From: Cercozoa sp. M6MM
Lineage: Eukaryota; Protista; Endomyxa: Ascetosporea
Strand: one strand, 5' to 3'
Length of the DNA stretch: 60,364 nt
NCBI GenBank assembly: GCA_040357565.1
Contig: JBDODJ010000067.1
Shown here: positions 11,753-24,821 of the stretch, piece after piece
How positions within the stretch are numbered: position 1 is the stretch's first letter
How the letters are laid out: each line of letters opens with the position of its first letter
The notes under the pieces: generated by a model
The model's input: only the letters and a program-made list of their open reading frames with translations
Databases searched by the model: none
Told to the model about the DNA's origin: nothing
Translations under genes and position numbers: made by a program

Positions 11753-12497
11753 GTTGTTTTTCGAGTGACCACGGCTGCATTTGGTCCAAAAAACGCTCTA
11801 ATACGAAAGGGAACAACGACCCGTCGTTCGGAAACGCTCTATCGAACGTGAAACGGTCGAAAAAGTCGTCTAACTGCTGTAAACAACGCGTAGACATGAC
11901 AAAAAAAAAGGGTACTTTCTCAGGCAAAAAACTGAAAAATCGCAAAATAAAACAGAAAAATGCCACCAGGAAGTTTTAGTGACCTAATTGGACCCACTAA
12001 GATACTCAGACGTGTGCACACACTCCCAACTGCGAAGAATCCAAACAACGGTTATTGTTTGGTAATTGATAATGCCATTTGTGACAGGAGTTCTCCCTGT
12101 CTAAGCTCAAGAGACAATTGTTCTTCTTTTGGTGCTGCTTTCAGGTATTTTACTTTTAGTGCTTCGACCACCATACGCACCCACGGGACCTGGTCGTAAG
12201 ACGTCCTGTTCAACATACGTCGCCACTGCGATTTCGACGACGGAAATCAGTGATGTAAGCTTAAATTGAGTGAACACCCCGGTCTGATTATAAATGTAAA
12301 TTTACAGTGTAAAAATGTATGTGAGCGGTGGGTGTCGAGGCACTAGACAGTGACCCCGTGACAAATTCTATAGAATTCACACGCAATGTCAATCCAGATG
12401 GATTTAGCACGATTGATGGCATTTGTGCGGCATCTGGTAGTCAAATTCTGCTCAGTTTGTCTGTCCCTCTTTCGGTTCTAAATTTAGTCCTGCGCAA

Positions 12498-14207
12498 ATG
12501 AAGGTCTGGCTCTTGGGGAACTCTCGCGGGGTGGTTCTCTGGCAATGCTTCCGGTGTCGCCGCAGTCTCTGGTGAACGATATTTCGTTTAGTGGAAAGTG
12601 CTTGATTCCTTCTGCCGGCTTCTTGCGTGCCAACAGCGTGGCTGTGGACTCGCTGCCTTGCGACCGCCACTGCAATTGTTTACCAGGACACAAGTGTCTC
12701 CTGCATACTGCCGGACTTGATGCTTGTAAAGCACCGAACGGTGTTGGTCCTTGTACGGATGGAAACGACTGCATCAGCGGTTTTTGCAGCTTGGATGGTG
12801 CAGGCAACAGCAAGTGTGCTGCTATTCTTTTTGGAGACCGCTGTCAGTTCGACGAGCAGTGTCCTTTTGGTGTCCCCTGTGTCGTCGCGCCTGGCAAGAT
12901 CTTTGGGTTTTGCAGCGTCGCCTTGAACTTCAACACATGCGGTGCCACGGGGAGCGACGGACCGACCTCGTGTCCAGCAGGCTACCCAACTGCAGCATCA
13001 GCGCCATCACTCTTTAATTTGCAACCGAACGGTGTCCAGCAGTTCACTGTGCCATCATCGGGCTGCTACAAAATAACTGCCGTTGGAGTTGCGGTAAACC
13101 GTGTTTCTACTATACTATACTACACTGTCCGTCGAGAACACTGTGCAGGGCGGAAGCGCATTCTTTGGTGGTACAGGAGGCTTTGGTGCCTCACTTTCAG
13201 CTCGCTTTCAGTTGTCTGCCGGCGACGTACTCGACATTGTGGTCGGGCAGAAAGGAGAGAGTGCAAATCAGTGCGGCGGCGGGGCTGGAGCATCCATGTG
13301 CCTCCTTTTTTTTTTCTTTTGATGAACACTGTTGCGCACAACTTTAAAAACTCACCGCCAATAGGATTTCGATGGCCGCATCTACGTCACTGGTGTTTTT
13401 GATTGCAGCGGGAGGCGGTGGGGCGGGCTCGGCGTCCGGTACATCGGCGGGATGCAGCGCTCTAGTGTAACAAAGCTATTTCGTGCACAGAGTACAGATA
13501 CAGCGCTGAAAAGAGTTTTGTTGTCTCAAATAAAGGACGACATCACCTCCAAGTTTTGGCACAAGTGATCGGGGTGCAAGTTGTGTTCAATCCAATCTTG
13601 TTGCGGGAGCCGATGGAACCAGTACAATTGTGTCCGGTATCTTCGTGTGAAAGTAACTTGTGTCTGTAGCTGTCTTTAGCGACATTGGGCCCGGCAAAGG
13701 CTACAGTTCATTGCTGATTGATCCAAGCAGCTTTATTGGAAACACAGCCTTCGGGGGGTCCGATATTGAAGGGGGCTTTGGTATATTTGTCTTTGTTTAA
13801 ACCAAGAGCACTTTAAATTCCATCAATACCATGGTAAATTAACATTGCAGTGCCTGATAGGAGGCGGAGGATGGTGCACCTCCTTCTTCAATGAGGGCGG
13901 AGGAGGAGCTGGCTACTCGGGCGGTGCTCCAGTTCACTCAAAACATCTTTACCCTGATGCTACTACTATACGGTTTGGTTGTGTGTTTCCAGGGAGTGGG
14001 GCGTTTTTGTTTAACGGAGGAGGTTTTAGCTCTCATCTTTCTCGGTCTCGGTAGGTAAGTAAACTGAATAATCCGAACTGCGTAGGAGCCGGTGGTTCGG
14101 GTGCCTTGGGATCGGCATTGGATCTGACCTCTGTTAGTTCGGTTTCATCGAGCCTTACAGCTACCGACGGTAGCGTCATCGTCGAGTTTTTCGACACAAC
14201 GTGTTGA
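12498..14207 (+). CDS. Cys-rich repeat protein with ALK/LTK-type glycine-rich domain, no kinase seen
   Basis: Cys repeats (CTDGNDCISGFC; CQFDEQC) followed by FNTCGATGSDGP, GVQQFTVPSSGCYKITAVG, GASLSARFQLSAGDVLDIVVGQKG, LIAAGGGG, GGFGGGG, GGGAGYSGG and terminal DGSVIVEF. Start codon uncertain. Confidence 0.8.
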
Positions 14208-15035
14208 CGCAGCTTAAGTTTAAATATAAGTTTAAATTTAGGAGTTGGTTATCGTCATATTGCCGTTCAGTTCGAATTACAACAGGAGTTGGCATCGTCG
14301 AATTCCCGTTCGCGCAGATGCATAAACAGAAACAGTGGAACGTAGTTTACCGTCCGTCTGCACAGCGGCGCAAAACAAAGTCGGATACCCTAAATTTAAA
14401 TTTAAACTTAAACCGAACAGCACGAACACAAACTTACCGAAAATACGGCTTCCATCTCGCTTTTCTCTCGTTTTTAAAAGTTATTGTCATCTCTGCTTTC
14501 GGCTCTTGTCGGAGTTGTAAAATTTACGCACGACAAGGTCTAACACTACGGTGCACGTCCACCTCAAACAGTCAAGACACACTCTGCGTTTGTTGGTGTG
14601 TCACAAGATAGACAAAGGATCCAGTGCAGTGAGCGTCGTTGCTACCAGGACTCTGTAAACTTAGTGAGCCACATACGCATTGATGTCCACCAATGCCGGC
14701 CCAAATCTGCACTTGACTTGGTCCTTGAGCTGCCAGGACGTGGCAGTTCTCCCGCTGCACAAGAGTCTCGTATTTTCCAGTCTTCCAATAACAATAAAAA
14801 CTGGTCGCCCAGCTGAAAGTTGAGGGTCTGGCAGCGCGAGAGGCGTTGTTTTTTTTGGACGTCCCCTGTTGCAAACTTAAAGTGCCCACTGTATTGAGAA
14901 TGTGTAATTTAGTGCAGGCACGCGCCCACGTACCTAGCCTGACCTAGGTGATGAAATTAAATCTCATCCATCCCACTATTATCAGGAATACTGTGTCCTT
15001 ATGAGTTTAGCTTGCGGCCGAATGATGCGATCGGA

Positions 15036-17757
15036 TTATGTCGGCAGAGGATAGGCCGAGCAACTGGCCAAGTCGCTGTCCAGACGCACAAGGTGCGGAC
15101 CACCGGGTCCGAGTCCGCCGAGTGCCTGCACCCACGGGAACAACTGCAGCGCCGGGTGCGTCACCGGGGCAGCTGTGTCCACAGTGCCTGCGAAAGTCGG
15201 GTCAGATCCCGTAAAACTGGCGTCAAAGCCGCCGGGAAAGCTGCCAGCCTGCACAGTCAAACCAAAACAATGATCCGACAACTAGAGTGTCAACTAAAAT
15301 GATTGTCAACTAAAATGATTGTCAACTAAAATGATCGGATTGTCAACTAAAATGATCGGATTGTCAAGTAAAATGATTGAACCTGTTGCACGAAGTTGGA
15401 GAAGGTGAATGCCGAGAGATCGCTGCCGGCAGTGTTGAAGTCTTCCGCCAGAAGGTCACCCACAGTTGTGAAGCCAAGCTGACCGACACTCACGTCGGAC
15501 CACGTCATTGCAGCTGCGTCTCCCATTCCTACGCTAGCGGACCAGCGGATCATGTCGGATGCTGACAGGCCTGGCGCCAGCAGTTGCAAGTACGACAGCG
15601 GCCAATTCGGAGACAGTGCCACCGCTACAGAATTCAGCACATGGACTCCAGCCCCTTTGTTCGGGCCTGCCGGCGGGTACGTAAACACGCTGGCCGAGAT
15701 GCGTTCGAGCGGCGACTGTGTTGTGCCGCTAGTGCCTAGGGTATCCTCCAACACGAGACCAATACCCGCGCGATGCGAGCTGCACAAGTTAGCAAGACTC
15801 ATACTCACAAACAGGCAAACTAAAAAGGGTACTGGAATCTCGTCACTCGGTTAAAACCAAAACCAGCATCATCCGACTCGACGTACAATCCGATGAAAGA
15901 GCAAAACGACGCCAGGTTGCGCAGAATCAAGGAGGCACCCGCCGCGGCAGTGTCACTCACGAGAAACGACCAAGACACCGCGTACTCTGCCCTGCGCAGG
16001 CCACAAATAATTCGAACAGCTAAATTTACTGTAAAACTTAGTTGTAAGTAAAGAAAACAGCGCGAGTCCTGTACGGTACCGAGTGTGCTGAATGTGAGCA
16101 TCTGTGGTATCAATGGTCACTCCAAAAAACGGCAAGGCCGGTGCGCTCGCACTGGTGACGACGATGGGAGAGCTCGGCCGGCCATAGAAGCGGATCGTTG
16201 AGCCACTGGCAAACGACAGACCACCAGCGAAAGGAGTCGTAAACGTCAATGTCGCGCCAGCCTCGACACACAGAGTGCCGCTGATAGTCAAAGGAGCACC
16301 GGCAATGCTGCACGTTGTGCCCCCTGCGACGACGCACAAGTCGCCTACACCGACGGCAGCACCAGCGCAGCAGTCGACCAGTGTGCCAGCGAGACCAGTG
16401 CAGTCAAGAATCGCAGAGCATACACCACCCGTGCAGTAGCTACAGTACATACCTAATTTATGGTCTCTACCCCATAGAGGACAGCAGCACACAGTACCCG
16501 GACTGACACTGAAGGTCCTCGTTGCACATTTCACCTGGAGTGCCCATGCAGCGGCCCAGGACGCAGACACCACTGGCGCCGCACTCGCTGTCCTGTGTGC
16601 ACTCTGCCCCGTACACGCACAGGTTGCTCTCACACACGAGACCGTCGTCGCACTGCCCGGGAGTTCCCGAGCCACAAGGAGCGAACAGAGCCAGTGTGAC
16701 AGTTGTGCACTCCGAGGTGACAGGGTCGCACACGCCACTGGCACACTGCTCGTCCGCCACACACGGTGTTCCGCCAGTCAGCTTGCACTCGTCGCTGTTG
16801 CAGAAGGCAGGCGGCGTGCACTCCTCCGTGGTGCAGTCCACCGTCGATCCGGCCTGCAGTATATATCTATGTATATAAACACGCAGATATATATATATAT
16901 ATATATAAGTAATTTATAGTATATATAAATATATATATATATATAAGTAATTTATATATATATATATATATAAGTAATTTATGTATATATATAAGTAATT
17001 TATATATATATATATATAAGTAATTGATATCTATATATAAGTAATTCATATATAACTTAGTCTCTGTATAAACAATAAATAAACTGAACTGTTGTATGAA
17101 ACCAGATAAGTAAAGGGATGTACTGTAAAGTATATGTACAATGAACAATCAGGTACCGGCATAGAACAGACGCTGCCGCACTCGGTGCCAGGCAGGCAGG
17201 GACGAGGAATGCAGTCGCTCCCAGGCACGCAGTCGCAATCGCGAACACACGGAATTTCGTAGTCTCCTGGAGGCGCCTGCAAAATACAAAGTCTAGATAT
17301 AGCATAGATATATCTAGATATTGCCTACTTACAAAGTTGACTATAGACTTTGTACTTAACAAAGTCTAAATTCAGTATACATACCAAGCACTTGCCAACG
17401 AAGGACAGGTCGTCGATGGCCGCGAAGAGGTCGTCCAGCGCATTGGCCAGCAGCACGGTGCACTTGCCCTCGACGCAGTCGCTGTTGCACAGACACGTGT
17501 CGCCGAAGCTGACCGACGGAGTCGCCAAAGCACACACGCTGGTGTCTCCCAGGTCGCGCGACTGATCGGGAGTGATCTCGAAACCGTCACTGGGTGCTGT
17601 GCCGAACAGCGAGTCTGCCACGTCGACTTGGCACGTGCCAGTGCACATGAGCAGGACACAGGCACTCGGGACCGACCTTGCCACTGTGGAAATACGTCGG
17701 CTTGTCGCATCGGACCCCAAAGTAACTGTCCTGTCATTTTGCATTCCAGTAAATGAC

Positions 17758-17802
<45 letters not shown>

Positions 17803-17902
17803 NNNNNNNNNNNNNNNNNNNNNNNNNNNNNNNNNNNNNNNNNNNNNNNNNNNNNNNNNNNNNNNNNNNNNNNNNNNNNNNNNNNNNNNNNNNNNNNNNN
17901 NN

Positions 17903-17950
<48 letters not shown>

Positions 17951-18346
17951 GCCACCTATTTGTGCAAAGGGTACCGTCTTGCAGATGAAGGGAGCACCGC
18001 TGACCGTCAGGCGAGTAAGTATCGACGACGCCTCCGTTGTAGAGACACAGCCGTTGTTCTTGTCGCAGACGCCCGAACAGCAAACCTGAAACAGCTTGCT
18101 GCATCTTTAAACTGCGTTGGAACAACAAAACACACTCACCGACGGATCAGTCAGACCGCGGTCGTTGACGCATTTTCCTTTAAAAAAACAGAATCACGAC
18201 CATTCGTTTTCGCTGGGTACAGTAACAAAGACTGTCAACTTACCTTGTCGGATGCAGTTCGGCATCATGGCAGATAACGGCACAAGGCCATCGGCCTCAG
18301 CACCAAGAAAGCCGCCAAAGCAAACCAACGCCAACAATAACTTCAT
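15036..18346 (-). CDS. Secreted Cys-rich repeat protein with a beta-helix-like C-terminal half
   Basis: Signal peptide MKLLLALVCFGGFLGAEA; many C-x2-(D/N)-x2-C repeats (CLCNSDCVEGKC, CVADEQCASGVC, CTQDSECGASGVC); then TLCVEAGATLTF...FYGRPSSPIVVTS...FFGVTI; ends SCSAYPLPT-TAA. Confidence 0.75.
15289..15379. repeat. Intronic tandem repeat, ~16-21 bp unit GTCAACTAAAATGATT x5
   Basis: Direct repeats visible; lies within an intron of the minus-strand Cys-rich gene. Confidence 0.85.
17761..17948. repeat. CA microsatellite with 100-N assembly gap (17803-17902), intronic
   Basis: Directly visible. Confidence 0.95.
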
Positions 18347-18556
18347 CTCGCAGCGGGAGGAGCAGAGGGCTAAGGACCAGACCTCGAGCTCCGCACTTTG
18401 CGCTAGTTTACTTTTTGCGGTCCAGAAGCGATCAACTAAACTCTGGTGAAAATGGGATTGCTTTGGCATCAAATCGAGGCGAGCAAATGGTACCTCCGGA
18501 ACTGTGACTGTGAACCAGAAGCTGTTCCACTATGTCTCATTTGCGAGACAATGAAG

Positions 18557-19799
18557 TCAGAACTGCCAAGAACGGAGCTTCACATGCACCAGCAGTCTTA
18601 TAACAGGGGTTTGTGGGGAGTCGCACAACTTGGTGATCCAACTGATTTTTGGATCTGCATGAGCGAATGCACAGCACAATCACAGATGCCACGATGTTAT
18701 TGCTGCTGACAGCAAAGTTGGTTGCTTACCTCTTGGTTTACATATTACGAATAGCACACCAAGGACGATGGGTTTCTACGCTTAACCGTAGAGGCTAATA
18801 AAAACAGCTTCGGGAACAAAAGTAATAATCATCAATCATCAACTATCAACGCTGTAGCCTCCTCTTCGAAATAAATCCAACTTAATCTACTGTAGCCTAA
18901 CTACTGTATGTCTTTCCGTCTTGCTCGGCTGTAGTCGACGAGTCAGGCGACCCGGCGTCTGCTTCACTCCGAGTCATTTCAGTGTGACCACTTCTTGGCC
19001 ACCAAGGTCATGTAGCATTGGCTGTGTGCACATACAGGCGAGTTAAAAGACAGTCTGCAGTGCCAGGGCACGACATATGCGAGCTTACAAGAGAATCAGC
19101 ACGATCGTTGGAATGCCAAAGACGTACAAATGATTCACAAAGGCAAGAACGGCCGCTGCCACCTGGTGTGACACACAACAACAAATTAAAAGCGAGTCCA
19201 GATCGTCGACACCAGCCAACTAGCTTACCCACAAAACGGCCAGGATGGCGAACGCGATCCAAACTAGAGTAAGGTGAGTGCAAGTCATACAAATGCCCAC
19301 AACCCGAAGCAGCCTCAATACCGAGCTTTGTGACCTTGCGCTTGTCGCTAATGACTGCGACAAGTCCGAACAAGCCGACCAGCTGTCCCAAATCAAAACG
19401 ACAACCTGAGTTCAAACTGCCAGTGTGAACAACCAAAGTCAGTACCAAAGTGATAACGTTGGAGCTTTGCATCGAGTATCCAATGTAGGCGGCAGAGCCT
19501 TTCGTCCGCACGAAGAAGAGGCCGGCACCCACAAGCATGAGAACAATGCTCCACATCCTGCCATCCGAGGGGATCACAAGTACACACTACCGCCCAGTTG
19601 AAAGAGAAGTGCAAGGTGTCAGGCTAGTTTCTTACATCACAGCTGTGTCACGCTTCATGATGCCACAGCAGTCGGCGTCTTTGATGACGTTGCCGCCACC
19701 GCGCATCGAATCCACGTCGTTGTCATTGTCGTTGAGTTGTTTCGACTTGTTCAAATTGCCACGCACATCCTGCATACTGATTGCGACTTCTCTGTTCAT
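18557..19799 (-). CDS. Small four-pass membrane protein (tetraspanin/LAPTM-like topology), multi-exon
   Basis: MNREVAISM...DADCCGIMKRDTAVM, then hydrophobic segments WSIVLMLVGAGLFFV, VITLLVGLFGLVAVI, VWIAFAILAVLWVAAAVLAFV, PIVLGVLFVISAITSWHLLLV; ends KLRSWQF-TGA. One internal junction is unresolved. Confidence 0.6.
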
Positions 19800-20332
19800 G
19801 GCGACAGCGAAGTTATCTCGATCGTGGCGTTTACTGTGGTTCTCACCGACTCAAGGAGTAGTAACGTATTCACACTTCTGTTAGAACCACACCCAATGGA
19901 CACCAAAGCTGCCATCCTCGGTGTCCAAAGTCCGAAATGTATCACGTGTGCACAGACGTGCTCGGACCTAAATCTGCTCTTAGGGCGAATTAGCGAGTTA
20001 GTTTAAACTACTCCCGTCTGCCCAGAAAGCCCAGATCGGCAGCTTATGTTGATAGTGACCACCTTCAGTGATGATCGCGTTGGTCGCTTCGAGGGTGGTC
20101 TGAAATCCAGCCTATCATCAACTAGGATTGACTTGATACTAAAGTAAAAACTTCCGTTCGACTGTTTTTAAGTAGCAGATCCGACTAAACCCCGTGATAG
20201 ACAACTTTAGGCGGATCCTCACCTCGCCGAGCACAGAAATCTCGGGATTCCGAGCAGTTTTTAGTTTTTGGCAGATCGTTTATCTCTCGAGACACGAGGT
20301 ACGCTCGTCACAGCTCAGCGACTCAACACGAA

Positions 20333-21927
20333 ATGGCAATGAGCGACGAAAAGTACGCTGGGTTAGCGAAGAACGACTGGCTTACGATCCATGTAAGTAT
20401 AGTTTCATCCTTGACTTCTGATGTGAGCCTTTCAGTTGTTGTTGTTGCATTGTTTGCGGTGTGCGCTCAGAGCGTTGCGCTGACGGTGATCATCTGTTCG
20501 ATGATGGGCAGCTCGTACATTATCTTTCGGACACTGAAGTCAGTGTGGTCATCACGGTCGCGCGCTCAGTTCCCTGTGGTTGGAGTGCTTCCTTGCTTTC
20601 TTGCGATTGCAGACTTTTGGTACTCCTACATTTATAACTGCAAGTTTGAAACTGCAGTAAGCAACTTGTGCATCTGTTGATGTGTTTATTTGTTTGGCAG
20701 TTTCGGAACAATTCACGGACTCGATCACATCTTGTCGTTGAGTCAAAGCCACGTGACTGTGGGCGATGCGTGCATTGCCATTGGAGTCATCACCAACATC
20801 TTCATCATTGCACCGGCGTTTATTTCGGGCTACATTGCCTTCTTCATCTGGTACCGACGTTCCTTCTGTGTGACCCTCCAATATACATTTCTGAATTTCC
20901 AACTCAGGTCGGTCGTTGTCAAAGAGAAGACGCCAACCGTCGGCAGGTACTACTGGCGGACACTTCTGTGGTGCTTCGGTGCTCCAATTGCGCTTGGGGT
21001 ACGTGTTCTCTCCTTCACCCCCATAACTGGTTACCACACAATGTCCTGTAGTTGTTGCAACTCGCAGTGGGTGGTACGATTGCAGATATTTGTGTGTTAT
21101 TGATATCGCATGACTATAACTCCATACTGTAGAAATCGGGCAAGGTAAATTTGCGTCCACACGGAATCTTCAACAGGGAAGTGCAAGTGTGGGACTCTTG
21201 GTTCACGGAAATGCACTGCAGAGAAAGGCTGGTGCGGTAACCGCACGTACACGGGGATGCTCTTGTTCCAAACCGTCGAGCTCCTCATCAACATCGTTGT
21301 CAGCAGCTACTTGTACTGGAGCATTCAGCGCAAACTGGTATCGCCTTTGTCAATTTCTCCTCTCATCTCTCTTTCAGTCCCAGTGCAGCGTATTCTTGGC
21401 ATGTTTTGTTCCAGAGAAAGCATCTCGATGAGGTGCTGACAGGAGACACCAAGGAGGCGAGAAAGCTGCAGGCAACGATTCGAAGATTGCCTGCCTTTAT
21501 TCTCGTCTTTATCGTTCAGTTCGTAATCTACAGTCACCGCGATTCTTGTAAATTAAAACTGACGCCATAGATTTCTTTGCTGAGCAGACACCGTGGGTCG
21601 TCTACACGTTCGCCAGCAGCGCGGGCGACGCACCTGTGGCAGTCATCGTCGTTGTCGTTGCCATTGTCAATGGGGGTGGCATCGCGAACGCATTTGCGTT
21701 CCGACAGTTGCTGGAGACAGCCGAGAGAGCGAATCGCGAGGAGGCCAAGTCCTACGACGCCGTGCGCAGTCGGTCCGGGCCAGCCTCAGGGGTCGCTGGC
21801 CAGAGCACTCTGTCGACGGCGATTTCTCTCGAACCGGTACCAATCTATTGACGACGCTGGTGCCACCGCGACGGATTCGACGTGTCCGACTGACGACGAG
21901 TCTGCGGCACACCACGCAGAGGTCTGA
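20333..21927 (+). CDS. 7-TM GPCR-like protein (cAMP receptor/Git3-like), paralog 1
   Basis: Spliced hydrophobic helices with SMMGSSYII, FLAIADF, DACIAIG, GWCGNR, LPAFILVFIVQFTPW and NGGGIANAFAF; Ser/Asp-rich tail. Confidence 0.78.
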
Positions 21928-22350
21928 ACGCCGAAAGTACCGAATTTTGCGCGCCCAGGGCGGCTTAAAATTGTTTTCTAACAGCATTTCTTTCTCCTTT
22001 TGCCAAAGCAATACAGTTGGCTCAAGTCAGCGCAAGGCACCTTCAAATCACTGGACTCGGAAAATGTACAACCTCGAGCTCCTTCGATCCCAGCCAGACA
22101 GCTCACAGGTGACAGGATTTGACATGCGTCGCTGTTGTCGCAACTGCCGCATCCTTTTGCTGCTTTGCATTGCAATTGGGTCAGTTCGATCAATTGTCGA
22201 CAGAATAAAATGACTGTCAATCTCGTTTCCGCGCTGAGCGACAAAGGTTGCTCAAAACTGATCTTGCTGCTCTCACCGATTTCACTTTGTTAGTTAGCCA
22301 ACAACAGCCCAAAGGTCGAACTAAACCCGCCAACTGAAACTTGACGAGAA

Positions 22351-24005
22351 ATGGCACCATTGAAGTATGAGGGGCTGGACAAGAGCAGTTGGATTGCTAT
22401 TCACGTAACAATTAAGTTCACAATTTCAGTTTACTTCTGGCTGTCACATGAGTTAGCGTTGGTTTTAGAGCGTTGCACTGACGGTCATCGTTTGCTCCAT
22501 GATTGGCAGCTCATACATCATCGTTCGAACATTTAAGTCAGTATCTGCGTCACGATCACCTGGTCAATTTCCGGTCGTTGGAGTTTTGGTAAGTTCCTTG
22601 TCGTTAGAACTGAACTGAAACTCGAAATCTAGAGGTCATCGTTTACTGTTCTTCTCGATAGCCTTGTTTTCTCGCTTGTGCCGACTTTGCGTATGTCTGT
22701 ACCACTGAAGCTCAAACAGTAGCAGCTTTTTATGTAAATTATCTATATCAGTAGTTTTGGAATGATTCACGGACTCGACCACCTGTTGTCGTTGAGTCAA
22801 GGCCACGTGACTGCAGGTGCCGCGTGCATCGCCATCGGGGTTTTCTACAACATGTGTATCGTCGCGCCGGCTTTCATCTCGGGCTACATTGCAGTTTTCA
22901 TTTGGTACAATCACTGTAAATGTATAGTGTTGACCTGGGTGCTTGGCTTAAATTACAAGCTGAAATCAACAGGTCGTCTGTCGTCAGGGAACGAAAGCTC
23001 GAAGTGGGACCCTACTACTGGCGTACCTTTCTTTGGTGTCTTGGTGCTCCGGTCTCGCTGGGGGTAGTGCTAATCGCAACTGACTGAACAGTACCGTCAA
23101 TCTTCAGTTGTTTGTTGTTGTGCTGTAGCTTATTCAACTCGCAGTGGGCCGTAAGACACTCCAAGCAGTACTTGCCTTTACTGCAAGAGTGCTGAACCAT
23201 GTTAATACTGTAGAAGTGGGACGCGAAAGAGTTTGGTGTGGCAACCGTACGTACGCGGGACTGCTTTTGTTCCAAACTGCCGAGATACTGGCGAACATTG
23301 TTCTCAGCAGCTACCTTTACTGGAGTGTTCAGCGCAAGCTTGTGAGTTCAGCTGTATTTCTTTCTGCTGATACAGAAACGATACCTAGTCGTGTTGTTCT
23401 TCAAAAGTGTTGCACTTAGAGGAGACACATCGATGAAGTTTTAAGCTTGTCGGAGGACAATGGCGACTCGCGGAAACTTGAAGAAACGATACGACGCTTG
23501 CCAAATTTCATTCTTGTGTTCATTTTCCAATTTGTAAGTTTAGATACTTCTTTCATTGTCCATGTTGTTGTACCTCTGGTACTACACACAGTGCATAATT
23601 TAGACTCCCTACGTGATTTACACTTTCGCCAGCAGAGGCGACGGACCGTCGGTGGTTGTGCTTGTTATCGTTGTTGCGATCGTCAACTGCGGCGGTGTCT
23701 TTAATGCCCTCGTGTACCAACGCCTGTTGAACAACGCTATCCGAGCAGACCGTGTCAATGCCGAGAACTTCTACCGATATACCACGCGTAATTTTGACTC
23801 CCATCCGCACCGCCGCATGCGAGCATCGGTGGCACGGACGCCTCCATCCATCGAAACCAGTACTCGTACGACAGGCGGAAGTGTCGCTCTTCCAGACAGC
23901 ATTGGTATCGCAGATAGTATGGCCGACAGCGTTGCATCCTCTGTCCACTTCTCTGCTTCTTCGAGGTCTCCGGCGACAGATCTGCGCTCCAAAACCGAGG
24001 ACTAA
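22351..24005 (+). CDS. 7-TM GPCR-like protein (cAMP receptor/Git3-like), paralog 2
   Basis: Colinear with paralog 1 (IHGLDHLLSLSQGHV, APAFISGYIA, WCGNRTYAGLLLFQT, LPNFILVFIFQF, NCGGVFNALVY). Confidence 0.78.
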
Positions 24006-24821
24006 CTGCCGCCTGGACTTTAGTGGGCCGAAAAGGATTTTCGACGGCTGGAACGGAAACTACTGTTTAAAGTTAAAATGTATCTGTGCTGCGCAAAAAA
24101 AAACCAAAGTCCGAACCTAAGGTAAAACAGAAGCAGAATCGGTCTCAGTTGAACGATAACTCTTGCAAGCTTGAACTACCGGAGAACTAACTCTGTAACG
24201 GGAAGCACTGCGTGATGGCACCAGCTGCACGTAGGTCTCCGAGCCCGTCGGGCTCGTCGTTCGTGTGAGTTCTGGAGTACCAGATATTTACACTGAACTT
24301 GGTCAAAACTAAAACCGATCCCAGCAGGTCGGTCCCAGAGCACATGGGTGACAGGTGCTGCCGCTGCTGCGGTCTGTGTGCGCCAACTCAAGACGGCGAG
24401 GAAGGCCGGGTTAAACGTGCGTTCTCCTGCGGCACGTCTTGTATCAAGGTAACTTACTGTGTTGCCCATGCAAGCCCAGTAACTTACATCCCCGTGGGTG
24501 TAATCTACAGGACATTTGGCGTGCCTGTCTTGGTGCCACCGTGCTCAGTTGCTGTCTGCGCAGTACCAGCTGACTCAACTTTTTCATTTCGTACGGTACG
24601 AACTGTCTCTAAACTGCTCCACTTGAGGGTTGTACGGCATTTGTAGATCAGGAGTGAGCCAAGATCTCGGGTACGGCCGAGAAACCCCGAAGATCAGCTG
24701 CGAAACGTTGCAACTGTACTGTACCATCGATGCACAGACTTCCAAACTACTACAAACAGGGCAGAGTGCTGTGTCAGTCGTGGGCTTGGCACGTGGCATC
24801 AAACAATAGCAAAGGAGTCGA

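Larger units (their letters stand above)
5033..12054. mobile_element. Putative ~7 kb two-gene DNA transposon (ISXO2/Merlin-type transposase plus DNase I-fold cargo) with imperfect TIRs
   Basis: 5033-5064 TAGCCGTTGTCAGGATTCTTCGCAGTTCGGAG versus reverse complement of 12023-12054 TAACCGTTGTTTGGATTCTTCGCAGTTGGGAG: 28/32 identical. Further patchy inverted similarity inward (ATCTTAG block; about 5197-5243 vs 11925-11965). Encloses exactly two convergent genes. Confidence 0.68.

Noticed and set aside
11980-11995. TGACCTAATTGGACCC as a canonical GG-type Merlin right end
   Set aside because: No convincing inverted partner or TSD found; the better inverted match lies at 12023-12054.
14572-14889. QVQIWAGIG resembling a Tc1/IS630 transposase motif
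   Set aside because: Single short motif with no other DDE motifs or TIRs nearby.
15289-15379. CRISPR-like repeat array
   Set aside because: No unique spacers, unit too short, lies in a eukaryotic intron; simple minisatellite.
18600-18690. Possible TGA read-through in the 4-TM gene
   Set aside because: An intron GTGATT...ATAAG restores the frame to a normal end.
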